Counted from the stretch's first letter, positions 20,805 through 31,380 are shown. The stretch: DNA of 57,692 nucleotides from an uncultured Ruminococcus sp. (GCA_964644445.1 CAZXVF010000003.1:1-57692); one strand, 5' to 3'. The notes: generated from the letters alone by a model not told the origin. Translations and numbers: made by a program.

Positions 20805-20904
20805 ATATAATGGCGGAGGATGGGGAAAAACCGAAAAACCGCCTAAAACGCACGTACCGGCAAAGCAACCCGAGAAAAGGGACGCTATAAGCCGAAGCGA
20901 CAAG

Positions 20905-21170
20905 CAAGGCACGGTACACCTCGGCAAAATACAAGCCTTATCGGAAAGCTAGGGGTGCGATACATCTCTGCAAATTCAAGCACGAACGAAAGCTGGGGTG
21001 CGATACATCTCGGCAAAATACAAGCCTTATCGGAAAGCTAGGGGTGCGATACATCTCTGCAAATTCAAGCACGAACGAAAGCTGGGGTGCGATACATCTC
21101 GACGAAATCAAGCCCGAGCGGAAAGCCGGGATACGATGCATCTCGGTAAATTCAAGCCCGAGCGGCAAGC
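20905..21170. repeat. 43-46-bp unit array with an 89-bp higher-order period in the pflB leader
   Basis: GGGGTGCGATACATCTC x4 exact plus degenerate flanking copies; 89-bp block at 20920 repeated at 21009. Confidence 0.92.
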
Positions 21171-21251
21171 AAGGGTTCAAGCCTCACGGTAAAGGCGAGC
21201 GCAGGCGGACGCCGCGCAAAAAACAGGTTAATTACGAAAAGGAGATATATT

Positions 21252-23384
21252 ATGAATTATTCTTTTGAATCATGGCATGGATTTGAAGGCGGAACGTGGA
21301 CCAGAGAAATAAACGTTCGTTCCTTCATCAAGCACAACTACACACCCTACGACGGTGACGAGAGCTTCCTCGCAGGTCCTACCAAGGCTACTCTTGAGCT
21401 TTGGGATCAGGTAATGGATCTTACGAAGCAGGAAAGAGAAAAGGGCGGCGTTCTCGATATGGACACCAAGATCATCTCCACGATCACCTCTCACGGCCCC
21501 GGTTACCTCGACAAAAATAAAGAAAAGATCGTAGGCTTCCAGACGGACAAGCCCTTCAAGCGCGCACTTATGCCCTACGGCGGTATTCGTATGGCGGAAA
21601 AGGCTTGCGCAGACAACGGCTATACAATCGATCCCGACGTTAAGGAGTTCTTCACCACACACAGAAAGACTCACAACGCAGGCGTTTTCGACGCTTATAC
21701 TCCCGAGATGAGAGCCTGCCGTTCCTCGCACATCATCACAGGTCTTCCCGACGCTTACGGCAGAGGAAGAATCATCGGCGACTACAGAAGAGTTGCGCTT
21801 TACGGTATCGACAGACTTATCGCCGATAAGAAGATGCAGAAGGAAACGACGAGATCCGCAATGTACTCCGAGATCATCAGAGAGAGAGAAGAGCTTTCCG
21901 AGCAGATCCGCGCACTTGAGGACCTCAAGAAAATGGCGGCAAGCTACGGCTACGACATCTCCCTTCCCGCAAAGGACACCAAGGAAGCTATCCAGTGGCT
22001 CTACTTCGGCTATCTCGGCGCGGTAAAGGAGCAGAACGGCGCGGCAATGTCTCTCGGCAGAACCTCTACCTTCATCGATATTTACGCAGAGCGCGACATC
22101 AAGAACGGCGTTTACACGGAAGAAGAGATACAGGAATTCGTTGACCACTTCATCATGAAGCTCCGTCTCGTTAAGTTCGCACGTACTCCCGAATACAACG
22201 CACTCTTCTCGGGCGATCCCCAGTGGGTAACCGAATCCATCGGCGGTGTTGCTATCGACGGCAGACACATGGTAACCAAGACCTCCTACCGCTATCTCCA
22301 CACCCTCACGAACCTCGGCCCCGCACCCGAGCCTAACCTCACGGTTCTCTGGTCTACTCGCCTTCCCGAAAACTTCAAGCGTTACTGCGCTAAGATGTCC
22401 ATAGAGACCTCCTCTATCCAGTACGAGAACGACGATATGATGAGAATGACTCACGGCGACGACTATGCGATCGCATGCTGCGTATCATCGATGAGGATCG
22501 GTAAGGAAATGCAGTTCTTCGGCGCGAGAGCAAACCTTGCGAAGTGCCTTCTCTACGCTATCAACGGCGGTGTCGACGAGGTTTCCGGCAAGCAGGTCGG
22601 CCCCGAATACCGTCCCATCACCTCCGAATATCTTGACTACGACGAGGTTATCGAAAAGTACGACGATATGATGAAGTGGCTCGCGGGCGTTTACGTAAAC
22701 ACTCTCAATATCATTCACTATATGCACGACAAATACTGCTACGAAAAGATCCAGATGGCTCTCCACGATCAGCACGTAACCCGCTGGTTCGCTACGGGCA
22801 TTGCAGGCCTCTCCGTAGTTGCCGACTCTCTCTCCGCTATCAAGTACGCCAAGGTCAAGGTAGTAAGAAACGAGCAGGGACTCGCAGTAGACTATATCAC
22901 CGAGGGCGACTTCCCCAAGTACGGTAACGACGACGACAGAGTTGACGAGATCGCATACGACATCGTTCACAGATTCATGGAGCACGTCAGAAAGAATCAC
23001 ACCTACCGCAACAGCATTCCCACGACGTCTATTCTTACGATCACCTCGAACGTCGTTTACGGTAAGGCAACCGGCTCTACTCCCGACGGAAGAAAGAAGG
23101 GCGAGGCATTTGCCCCCGGAGCTAACCCCATGCACAGACGTGACACTCACGGTGCGGTAGCTTCTCTCGCATCCGTTGCAAAGCTTCCCTTCATCGACGC
23201 ACAGGACGGAATTTCAAACACCTTCTCCATCATCCCCGGCGCGCTCGGCAAGGACGACAAGATCTTTGCGGGTGACATTGAGGTCGAGCTTGATTGCGCT
23301 AACGGCGCTTGCTCCACTCCCACGCTCTTTGAGGGACTCGACGCCGACGATTACAACGGCGAATTTACCGAAAACAACGGCTGA
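21252..23384 (+). CDS. pflB: Pyruvate formate-lyase catalytic chain lacking the glycyl-radical domain
   Basis: [22 protein letters not shown]; active-site IACCVS; [10 protein letters not shown]; similarity ends at [18 protein letters not shown], then a 41-aa tail; no RVSGY. Confidence 0.95.
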   Translation: MNYSFESWHGFEGGTWTREINVRSFIKHNYTPYDGDESFLAGPTKATLELWDQVMDLTKQEREKGGVLDMDTKIISTITSHGPGYLDKNKEKIVGFQTDKPFKRALMPYGGIRMAEKACADNGYTIDPDVKEFFTTHRKTHNAGVFDAYTPEMRACRSSHIITGLPDAYGRGRIIGDYRRVALYGIDRLIADKKMQKETTRSAMYSEIIREREELSEQIRALEDLKKMAASYGYDISLPAKDTKEAIQWLYFGYLGAVKEQNGAAMSLGRTSTFIDIYAERDIKNGVYTEEEIQEFVDHFIMKLRLVKFARTPEYNALFSGDPQWVTESIGGVAIDGRHMVTKTSYRYLHTLTNLGPAPEPNLTVLWSTRLPENFKRYCAKMSIETSSIQYENDDMMRMTHGDDYAIACCVSSMRIGKEMQFFGARANLAKCLLYAINGGVDEVSGKQVGPEYRPITSEYLDYDEVIEKYDDMMKWLAGVYVNTLNIIHYMHDKYCYEKIQMALHDQHVTRWFATGIAGLSVVADSLSAIKYAKVKVVRNEQGLAVDYITEGDFPKYGNDDDRVDEIAYDIVHRFMEHVRKNHTYRNSIPTTSILTITSNVVYGKATGSTPDGRKKGEAFAPGANPMHRRDTHGAVASLASVAKLPFIDAQDGISNTFSIIPGALGKDDKIFAGDIEVELDCANGACSTPTLFEGLDADDYNGEFTENNG

Positions 23385-23502
23385 TAAAGCCCTACCGAAT
23401 ACCGCCGCCGCGAAAAGCAGACGACTTAAGTGACGAGGTCACCGAAAAGCTCGCGGCAGATGCGGTATAATAGATTAACGAAACGAAAGGAATAAAAGAA
23501 AA

Positions 23503-23745
23503 ATGGCAGCAACACAGAACCAGATAGATAACCTTGTTTCTCTCCTTGACGGCTACGTTAAGAAGGGTGGACATCATCTCAACGTAAACGTTTTCACCCG
23601 TGAGACGCTTCTCGACGCTCAGGCTCATCCCGAGAGATATCCTCAGCTCACGATCAGAGTAAGCGGCTACGCGGTAAACTTCGTCAAGCTCACCAAGGAG
23701 CAGCAGGACGAGGTAATCTCGAGAACCTTCCACGAGCAGATCTGA
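23503..23745 (+). CDS. Stand-alone glycyl-radical domain (GrcA-like) equal to the missing PflB C-terminus
   Basis: [48 protein letters not shown]; SD AAAGGA. Confidence 0.93.
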   Translation: MAATQNQIDNLVSLLDGYVKKGGHHLNVNVFTRETLLDAQAHPERYPQLTIRVSGYAVNFVKLTKEQQDEVISRTFHEQI

Positions 23746-24052
23746 GATAACGCAAACAAACGTTTTTTTAAAGGTCTTACGTAAGACAAAAAGCAAGGGG
23801 TGTCGAAAAAGGCACCCCAAAATAATACTATAGTTTACAAAATCGGCACTTTTCGTAAAAGTTCGAGACGATTAGCAAAAAGCGAAAAACAAAAAGTTAA
23901 AGAAATTCCGCGCGAAAATCACGCAAAAAAAGGCGACAAAGCAAATCCGAGAAAACGCGGAGGCAATCATAGCAAGCCAAAAACAAAAAGCCGCATAGAC
24001 GTTAAAGCAAGCGTGAAAAAGCGGAGACGGCAAAAAAGAGAGGAGCAACGTT

Positions 24053-24799
24053 ATGAAGGGATATATTCATTCGAAGGAAAGCTTCGGTACGGTCGACGGC
24101 CCGGGAATACGCTACGTCCTGTTTATGCAGGGGTGTCCTATGCGCTGTCTTTACTGTCACAACCCCGATACGTGGCAAATGCAGGGCGGCACGGAGGTAA
24201 GCGTCGAGGAGGTGCTTTCGGAATACAAGAAAAACGAATCCTTCTATGCGCGCGGCGGAATTACCGTAACGGGCGGAGAGCCGCTTATGCAAACGGATTT
24301 TCTCATCGAGCTGTTCCGCGCGGCAAAGAATATGGGCATTCACACCTGTATAGATACCTCGGGCATTACCTATTCCGAGAGCAATACCGAATATCTCGCA
24401 AAGCTTGACGAGCTGATGAAGTATACCGACCTCGTTATGCTCGATATAAAGCACATCGATCCCACACTTCACAAAAAGCTCACCTCTCACGACAATACCG
24501 CGCCTCTGGGCTTTGCAAAATATCTCGAAAAAAAAGGCGTTCCGCTCTGGGTTCGCCACGTCGTCGTTCAGGGCTATACAGACGATCCGAAGTATTTGCG
24601 CCTTCTCGGCAACTTTATAGGCAGGCTCTCAAATCTCAAGGCACTCGACGTTCTTCCCTATCACACGATGGGCAAGGCTAAATACGAGGCTCTCGGCATT
24701 CCCTATCCGCTGGGCGACCTGAAATCACTTGATAAACGCGAGGCGGAAATCGCAAAGGGCTATATTATGGACGGCATCCGAGAGGTTCGCCGACGCTGA
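24053..24799 (+). CDS. pflA: Pyruvate formate-lyase activating enzyme (radical SAM)
   Basis: ESFGTVDGPGIR; CPMRCLYCHNPDTW; TGGEP; LPYHTMG; SD GAGGAG. Confidence 0.96.
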   Translation: MKGYIHSKESFGTVDGPGIRYVLFMQGCPMRCLYCHNPDTWQMQGGTEVSVEEVLSEYKKNESFYARGGITVTGGEPLMQTDFLIELFRAAKNMGIHTCIDTSGITYSESNTEYLAKLDELMKYTDLVMLDIKHIDPTLHKKLTSHDNTAPLGFAKYLEKKGVPLWVRHVVVQGYTDDPKYLRLLGNFIGRLSNLKALDVLPYHTMGKAKYEALGIPYPLGDLKSLDKREAEIAKGYIMDGIREVRRR

Positions 24800-24983
24800 G
24801 AGCCAACCCCTATAAACGGTAATTGATTTTCCGCTTTTAACTGTATAAAAAGGGAGATGCGAGCACCTCCCGAAAGTTTTTTTGCGATGCAGACCTCTGC
24901 ATCGTTTTTTTGTTTTTCGTTATACGCTCCCGTTGCCGATCAACGCCGTGTCGAAAAGCACGCAGGCATACGGAGGTTATATT

Positions 24984-26267
24984 TTATTCATCCGCCTTTT
25001 TCTTCTGCATAAGTCTGTCAAGGAAGCATACCCACTTGACGGAGGCTCTCATATCGGGACGCGGGAAAACGTAAATAAGCTTGCCGTTGTGATATATATC
25101 GAAGTGATCTCCCGCGGTGATGGGGAACGCACCTATCTTCTCCGTTGCGACCGAGAAATCTATCTGCTCGCCGAAGAGAGTGCCCGAAAGACGGAAGACG
25201 TCCTTATCCATGTAGATCCTGCCCTCGCCCGCTTCTCTGTCCATCATACCGTCCGCACCGCAAGCACCGAGTCCGACCTCGCTCTCCATGATCTCGTTAT
25301 CCGTATCGATAGACGCCTGCTGCCACTCGAACCATTCGTTTATACTTCCGTGCGGCGCACCGTGAAGCCTGTATTTTTCGTCAAGGCGAGCTTCGAATCC
25401 GCATTCCGCGCATCTTATACGGTCGCCCTCGCTCTCGATCTTTCCCTCGGAAAGACATTTCGGACATTTGAAGAGTATCTTATCCGCGCCTCTTGCAATA
25501 CTCTCGCTTTTATAGGATACGCCCTCCATTGCAAGCTCGTCGTCGTGCGCTATTGCGTCCTCTGCCATTTTACGTATCTCGTCTATACTCATCGCGCTTA
25601 TTTCCCCCGCGCCTGCAAGCTTTTTCAGCGAGCAGCGGATCTCTCCTATTCTGTCGTCACCCTTGTCGCGCCACTTGGGGAAGGTGAGATACGCGCCGTC
25701 GGCGTACCAATGATAAACGTCTACACCGAGCTTTTTTATCAGCTCCGCGGTTCCGTCCGCAAGCGGCAAGGTTCTTCCGTAGCAGGAGAGTCTTCCCTCG
25801 GGGAAAATAACGATTACAGCCCCCTCGCTCTTTGCGCGCATTACGTTAATAATGGTGGAAACGTCGGGAGTAAACATTCTCTTGGTTATTACGTGACCGA
25901 GCTTTATCAGCCCCGCCGTCGATTTGTTACGTACGAAATGCTCGCTGACAACGTAGGTCGGGCGCACGGGATAAAGCGTCAGTGCGGAGAGAAAATGGTC
26001 CTGATCGCTCGTGTGCGTTGCCAAAACTATGGCAGGCCCTTTTATCTCCTTCGCGATCTCGTTGTCCAGAGTTATATGATATTTTCTCTTATAGGTCAGG
26101 GTAAGCACGACCTTCAATACCTTGTGAAGAATCGGATTTATCTTGCCTATTGCACCTCTCTTCTTTTTTCCCTTTTTCTTTACAGAGGCAGGATTTTTCG
26201 CGCTCGTTTTCGCGTCCTGCGCTGCGGAATTAATATTACTCTCGGGATTACTTGGCTCTGTGTTCAT
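24984..26267 (-). CDS. Long PlsC-like acyltransferase with Zn-ribbon C-terminal domain (paralog 1)
   Basis: HTSDQD (HxxxxD); FPEG; CPKC..CAEC; WFEWQ. Confidence 0.8.
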   Translation of the reverse strand: MNTEPSNPESNINSAAQDAKTSAKNPASVKKKGKKKRGAIGKINPILHKVLKVVLTLTYKRKYHITLDNEIAKEIKGPAIVLATHTSDQDHFLSALTLYPVRPTYVVSEHFVRNKSTAGLIKLGHVITKRMFTPDVSTIINVMRAKSEGAVIVIFPEGRLSCYGRTLPLADGTAELIKKLGVDVYHWYADGAYLTFPKWRDKGDDRIGEIRCSLKKLAGAGEISAMSIDEIRKMAEDAIAHDDELAMEGVSYKSESIARGADKILFKCPKCLSEGKIESEGDRIRCAECGFEARLDEKYRLHGAPHGSINEWFEWQQASIDTDNEIMESEVGLGACGADGMMDREAGEGRIYMDKDVFRLSGTLFGEQIDFSVATEKIGAFPITAGDHFDIYHNGKLIYVFPRPDMRASVKWVCFLDRLMQKKKADE

Positions 26268-26354
26268 TTTTACGCTCCGTTTCGTTTTTTGTCGATAAAT
26301 GGATATTCGCGTCGTATTATTATATCATATCCGTCACCGAAAAGTCAACCGCCC

Positions 26355-26421
26355 CGCCAAAGTGTTATCTTGAAGTCGCCAAAGTGTTATCTTGAAGTCC
26401 GTCAAAGCGTTATCTTAAAGC
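26355..26421. repeat. 22-bp tandem repeat just upstream of a -35 box
   Basis: CGCCAAAGTGTTATCTTGAAGT x2 plus variant CGTCAAAGCGTTATCTTAAAGC; minus-strand TTGACT 26343-26348 and TATAAT 26319-26324. Confidence 0.85.
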
Positions 26422-26692
26422 CCTGCAAAGCTCATCTTTCAAGGCAGACCGCAGTTCTTGCTAAAATCACAATCGGGCAGAACTTGCATCACTGCATTTT
26501 GATTTTTTTCGTCAAATTTTTACTTGCCGTTTTGCATTTTTTGTTTTTCACTTTTATAAAAAGAAAGCGGCTCTCGTGCAAAAAGAGCCGCAAAAGTAAA
26601 GTTTAGTTTATATTTTAGTATATTTACAGAGATGAAAACGCAAGTGGGATTTTTTATACGATTTCAAAAACCGTTTTTTTGAGTACTTTGGC

Positions 26693-29600
26693 TTATACTC
26701 GCTCCACGGAGATGGTAACGTTCTCGCCGTTGATATTCCATTCCTTAGCGTTTGCGAGAGTCGCACCTACCTCTACCGAAACGGCAAGCGTCTCCTCACC
26801 TATTTCCTTTGCATTGCGGAGTGCAACATCCTCGACCGCGGAGCTGCCAGTCAGGGAAACTCTGATGTTATCCATAACCTCGAAGCCGGAATCCTTACGC
26901 ATCGTTTGTATCTTGGAGATGATCTCACGGACGTTGCCCTCCTCGATAAGCTCGGGTGTCAGATTCTTGTCGATAACGACCGTAACTCCTCTGTCACCGA
27001 GGGATTCGAAGCCGTCCTTCTTCGTCATCTCTATCAAGAGATCCTCACGCGTAAGCTCGATATCCGCGCCGGCTACCGAAAGGTGAAGAGCACCGTCTCT
27101 CTCAAGAGATGCGTACGCCACGTTGCCGTCAAGCTCCGAGAGTGCCGTCCTGATACCGCCGAGATATTTTCCGTACTTAGGTCCTACGGTGCGCAGCTGC
27201 GGCTTGAAGGTATAGGTCGTGAACTCCGATACGTCGCTTGTAAATTCAACGCTCTTAACGTTAAGCTCCTCCGCAATTACCGGAACGAAGCTGTCGTCGG
27301 GGGTTTTATCTGCCTTCACGTACATTTTAGCAATGGGCTGACGGTTCTTTATCGAAGCCGCATTACGGCAGGCTCTTCCGAGAACCACTATATCGACGAC
27401 CTCGTCCATATTGCTCTCAAGCGCAGGATCTATTAGGCTCTCGTCCACCGTCGGATAGGAGCAAAGATGAACCGATTCGGGTGCACTCTTATCCACCGAG
27501 CAAACGAGATTTCTGTAAATATCCTCGGTCATAAAGGGAATGAAGGGTGCTGCGGTCTTTGCAATAGTCACGAGCGAGGTATAGAGAGTCATATAGGCGT
27601 TCACCTTGTCCTCGGGCATATCCTTCACCCAGAAGCGCTCGCGGCATCTTCTAACGTACCAGTTGGAAAGCTCGTCGACGAAGCTCTCAAGCACTCTCGT
27701 GGATTCCGTGATCTTATACGCCGCAAGGTACTCGTCCACCTGCTTCACCGTGGAATTGAGCTTTGAGAGTATCCATCTGTCCATTACGGAGAGCGTGTCG
27801 CGGTTGAGTGTATATTTCGTGGGATCGAAGCCGTCTATGTTGGCGTAAAGCACGTAGAATGCGTAGGTGTTCCAGAGCGTTCCCATAAACTTTCTCTGTC
27901 CCTCGACGACGGCGTCACCGTAAAATCTGTTGGGGAGCCACGGTGCGGAATTTGAGTAGAAGTACCAGCGTATAGCGTCGGCGCCGTACTGCTCCAGAGC
28001 CTCGAAGGGATCTACCGCGTTGCCCTTGGACTTAGACATCTTCTGTCCGTCCTTATCCAGCACGTGTCCGAGAACGAGAACGTTTTTGTAGGGCGCGCAA
28101 TCGAAGATGAGCGTGGAGATCGCCATAAGAGAATAGAACCAACCGCGCGTCTGGTCGACGCCTTCACTGATGAAGTCTGCGGGGAACTGACTCTCGAATA
28201 TCTCCTTATTTTCAAAGGGATAGTGCCACTGTGCGAAGGGCATTGAGCCGGAGTCAAACCAGCAGTCGATAACCTCGGGAACTCTCTTCATCTCGCCGCC
28301 GCACTTCTCGCATCTGATGGTAACGGCGTCAATGAAGGGTCTGTGAAGCTCTATATCAGCAGGGCAGTTGTCCGAGAGCGAGCGGAGCTCCTCGATAGAG
28401 CCGACGGAATGACGGTGACCGCAGGAGCACTCCCAAATATTAAGAGGCGTACCCCAATAACGGTTCCTTGAGAGTCCCCAGTCCTGAACGTTCTCGAGCC
28501 AGTCGCCGAAGCGTCCCTTACCGATGTTCTCGGGTATCCAATTTACCGTGTTATTATTCTTGATAAGCTGCTCGCGCACGTCGGTCATCTTGATAAACCA
28601 GCTGTCACGAGCGTAGTAGATAAGAGGAGTATTACATCTCCAGCAATGCGGATAATCGTGCTCGAACTTCGGCGCGGAGAAGAGCTTGCCCGCCTTCTTC
28701 AGATCCTCGAGAATGAGCGGATCCGCCTTTTTAACGAACACGCCCGCATAATCCGTCTCTTCTGTCATCTCACCCTTGCCGTTTACGAACTGAACGAAGG
28801 GCAGACCGTATTTTTTACCGACCTTGGAGTCGTCCTCGCCGAAGGCGGGAGCAATGTGAACTATACCCGTACCGTCGGACATGGTAACGTAGCCGTCGCA
28901 GACGATATAATGCGCGTGCGCACGCTGCCCTTCGACGTATTTTCCCGTGCATTCGAAGAGAGGCTCGTACTCGCGGTATTCAAGCTCCTTACCCTTCATC
29001 TCGGAGAGTATCTCGTATGCGGGCGTTCCTTTTTCTCTTTCGATCGAGCCGAGAACGCTGTCGCAAAGTGCCTTCGCCATATAATAAACGTAGCCGTCTG
29101 CGGCCTTGACCTTCACGTAGACCTCGTCGGGATTGACGCAGAGAGCAACGTTCGAGGGGAGAGTCCACGGCGTCGTAGTCCATGCGAGATAATACGCATC
29201 CTCGTCAAGACATCTGAAGCGGACGACGGCGGATCTTTCCTTTACGAGCTTATAGCCCTGTGCCACCTCGTGCGATGAGAGAGGAGTGCCACAGCGTGGG
29301 CAGTAGGGTACGATCTTATAGCCCTTATAGAGCAGTCCCTTGTCCCATATTTTTTTAAGAGCCCACCACTCGGACTCAATAAAGTCGTTCGTGTAAGTAA
29401 CGTAAGGATGCTCCATATCGGCCCAGAAGCCGACCGTGCCGGAGAAGTCCTCCCACATTTCCTTGTAATTCCAAACCGATTCCTTGCAATGCGCGATGAA
29501 GGGCTCAAGTCCGTAGGCCTCGATCTGATCCTTGCCGTCGATACCGAGCTTCTTCTCAACCTCAAGTTCAACGGGTAAGCCGTGAGTATCCCAGCCTGCC

Positions 29601-29848
29601 TTACGTAAAACGCGTTTTCCCTTCATAGTGTGGTAACGCGGAATCATATCCTTGATAACTCTCGTCAGCACGTGACCGATATGCGGCTTGCCGTTTGCTG
29701 TCGGAGGGCCGTCGAAGAAGGTAAAGTTTTCTCCCCCGGAGGACTCTACGCTCTTTTCAAAGATACCGTTCTCCTCCCAGAATCGCCTTACCGCCTTTTC
29801 TCTTTCGACGAACGACAAATTCGTCGACACCTTTTCATAAACTTCCAT
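26693..29848 (-). CDS. ileS: Isoleucine--tRNA ligase, type 2 (long, eukaryote-like)
   Basis: DGPPTANGKPHIGH; GWDTHGLPVE; WTTTPWTLP; EGVDQTRGWF; KMSKS; 1051 aa. Confidence 0.97.
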   Translation of the reverse strand: MEVYEKVSTNLSFVEREKAVRRFWEENGIFEKSVESSGGENFTFFDGPPTANGKPHIGHVLTRVIKDMIPRYHTMKGKRVLRKAGWDTHGLPVELEVEKKLGIDGKDQIEAYGLEPFIAHCKESVWNYKEMWEDFSGTVGFWADMEHPYVTYTNDFIESEWWALKKIWDKGLLYKGYKIVPYCPRCGTPLSSHEVAQGYKLVKERSAVVRFRCLDEDAYYLAWTTTPWTLPSNVALCVNPDEVYVKVKAADGYVYYMAKALCDSVLGSIEREKGTPAYEILSEMKGKELEYREYEPLFECTGKYVEGQRAHAHYIVCDGYVTMSDGTGIVHIAPAFGEDDSKVGKKYGLPFVQFVNGKGEMTEETDYAGVFVKKADPLILEDLKKAGKLFSAPKFEHDYPHCWRCNTPLIYYARDSWFIKMTDVREQLIKNNNTVNWIPENIGKGRFGDWLENVQDWGLSRNRYWGTPLNIWECSCGHRHSVGSIEELRSLSDNCPADIELHRPFIDAVTIRCEKCGGEMKRVPEVIDCWFDSGSMPFAQWHYPFENKEIFESQFPADFISEGVDQTRGWFYSLMAISTLIFDCAPYKNVLVLGHVLDKDGQKMSKSKGNAVDPFEALEQYGADAIRWYFYSNSAPWLPNRFYGDAVVEGQRKFMGTLWNTYAFYVLYANIDGFDPTKYTLNRDTLSVMDRWILSKLNSTVKQVDEYLAAYKITESTRVLESFVDELSNWYVRRCRERFWVKDMPEDKVNAYMTLYTSLVTIAKTAAPFIPFMTEDIYRNLVCSVDKSAPESVHLCSYPTVDESLIDPALESNMDEVVDIVVLGRACRNAASIKNRQPIAKMYVKADKTPDDSFVPVIAEELNVKSVEFTSDVSEFTTYTFKPQLRTVGPKYGKYLGGIRTALSELDGNVAYASLERDGALHLSVAGADIELTREDLLIEMTKKDGFESLGDRGVTVVIDKNLTPELIEEGNVREIISKIQTMRKDSGFEVMDNIRVSLTGSSAVEDVALRNAKEIGEETLAVSVEVGATLANAKEWNINGENVTISVERV

Positions 29849-30009
29849 AATCAGATCTCCATTTTATGAATTTATATTTTATTTTCGATAATTACTTAAT
29901 TTTCGTGCTTTTGCAAACTACAGTTGACTTTTTCGCCGTATTTCTCTCAATTATTCCGTTATGTGATACCGTGTAAAAACGGTTTTCAATGCAAACGGTC
30001 TGCAAAAAC

Positions 30010-30232
30010 GAAAAAAATCCTTTTCCAAGCGGAAAAGGAAAAAAGAAAAACCACCTTAACATACCTGACAATATGCGCCTACTTTTACGTCTGGCTCACG
30101 TCGCTCCTTACTGAATTCGGGAACGCAGCTCGAAAGTGATATTCACAGCGCATTACTCCCTGCCGCATTCCACCGACCGCGGCTCTCTGTGAGGATTTCG
30201 TGCGTGCTACTGTCTTCGTCATCGCCTTTGCT
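30010..30232 (-). promoter_or_regulatory. Ile T-box riboswitch with terminator
   Basis: Stem I: GCGATGA..CAGTAG, CAGAGAGCC, GGTGGAATGCGG; specifier GAAT-ATC-A (AUC = Ile); AAGGTGG box; terminator TCCTTTTCC-GCTT-GGAAAAGGA plus T7. Confidence 0.85.
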
Positions 30233-30238
30233 AGAAGA

Positions 30239-30267
30239 ATTATATAATATTTTCGCGCGTTTGTCAA
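30239..30267 (-). promoter_or_regulatory. ileS sigma-A promoter
   Basis: Perfect TTGACA-N17-TATAAT. Confidence 0.88.
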
Positions 30268-30603
30268 GTCTAAACGTAAAAAAAGATTTCGACGGCAGAA
30301 AAGCAGAAAACGCACCGCCGCAAAGAGCGATAAAAATACGAAAGCACCGTAGCAAAAAACGATAAAAACGAAAAACGATTTTGCAGGTGGTAACGAAAGC
30401 CGACGGATACGCCTCGCAGCCGCAACGAAAAGCACGAAAATACCGCTCCTTGGGGCGATTAAAAGCATAAAAGACCTACCTTCGAAGAAGAAACGAAGAT
30501 TCGATCAAGCTTGCTATTGAAAAATCTGACGAAACGTGATAAAATAAACGGTAGAAAAAGAAAACCCGCAAAGCATCGGGTTGCGAAAAAACGGAGAAAA
30601 ATA

Positions 30604-31380
30604 ATGAAAAGCGAGATAAAAATTATTCGATACGACGTCACCGATTCGACAAGCGAGCGGGCAAAGCAATACGCAAAAGGCGGTGAATGGGACGGGGGAC
30701 CAACCGTGTTCATTGCCGATTCTCAAACTATGGGGCGAGGACGCTATGCACGAAAGTTTTATTCGGAAAACGCTACAGGTGTATACTTAAGTTTACTTTT
30801 TAAGCCAGATTCGACGATTTCAGGCACTACGGCGATAGTTGCTCACACGGCAAATTCTATGATCAAGGCTATCGAGGAGAGGACGAAGACGGAGATCAAG
30901 ATCAAGTGGGTGAACGATCTCATTCTCGGTGAAAAAAAGCTCGGAGGAATACTTATCGAGGGCGGGCTTCGCGCAGACGGTCAGGGCTACGATTATCTGA
31001 TCTCCGGTATCGGAGTAAATCTTTTCGGAAACTCGCTTCCGCACGAGATACGCGACGTTGCCACGACGCTTGAGGCACAGACGGGACAAAAGGTAGACAA
31101 GGACGAGTTGACCGCCGCGTTTATCGAGCACTTTTTCGAAGAGCTTGACGGTGCGGCGAGTGCCGATGCCTTTGATTTTTACAGATCCCGCCTTATCACT
31201 CTCGGCGCAGACGTTATAGCGAAATCTCTTACGGAGGAATACGAAGCCAAAGCGACCGATCTGCTGTCGGACTATTCTCTTCTCGTCACACTGCCCGACG
31301 GCACGCAAAAACGAATCTTCACTGGAGAGGTCAGTGTAAAGCCGAAAAGCCAAGTGAAAGCAAAGGACGATAACGACTAA
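30604..31380 (+). CDS. birA: Biotin--protein ligase without N-terminal HTH
   Basis: DSTS; QTMGRGR; KWVNDL..KKLGGILIE; GIGVN; TGEVS; start set at MKSEIK after GGAG. Confidence 0.9.
   Translation: MKSEIKIIRYDVTDSTSERAKQYAKGGEWDGGPTVFIADSQTMGRGRYARKFYSENATGVYLSLLFKPDSTISGTTAIVAHTANSMIKAIEERTKTEIKIKWVNDLILGEKKLGGILIEGGLRADGQGYDYLISGIGVNLFGNSLPHEIRDVATTLEAQTGQKVDKDELTAAFIEHFFEELDGAASADAFDFYRSRLITLGADVIAKSLTEEYEAKATDLLSDYSLLVTLPDGTQKRIFTGEVSVKPKSQVKAKDDND

Noticed and set aside
20855-20900. c-di-GMP-I or ZTP riboswitch upstream of pflB
   Set aside because: GGCAAA..GAAA..GGGACGC resembles only the first half of c-di-GMP-I; the second stem and the ZTP motifs are missing.
20905-21170. CRISPR array (also considered for 4661, 7496 and 52248)
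   Set aside because: Sequences between repeats recur instead of being unique, and there are no cas genes in the window.
23259-23502. Intron, intein, IS or frameshift explaining the pflB break
   Set aside because: No group I/II intron ends, intein termini, inverted repeats or target duplication seen; the small ORF has its own SD and the tail has coding-like codons.
23800-24408. Lys/Arg-rich ORFs (also 9428-9883, 31515-32057, 33226-33435)
   Set aside because: Arise from A-rich intergenic DNA and overlap real genes out of frame.
24882-26606. Long antisense ORFs (also 34030-35343, 35732-37171, 54877-56274, 21270-22454)
   Set aside because: Shadow frames opposite well-supported genes, with no motifs or SD.
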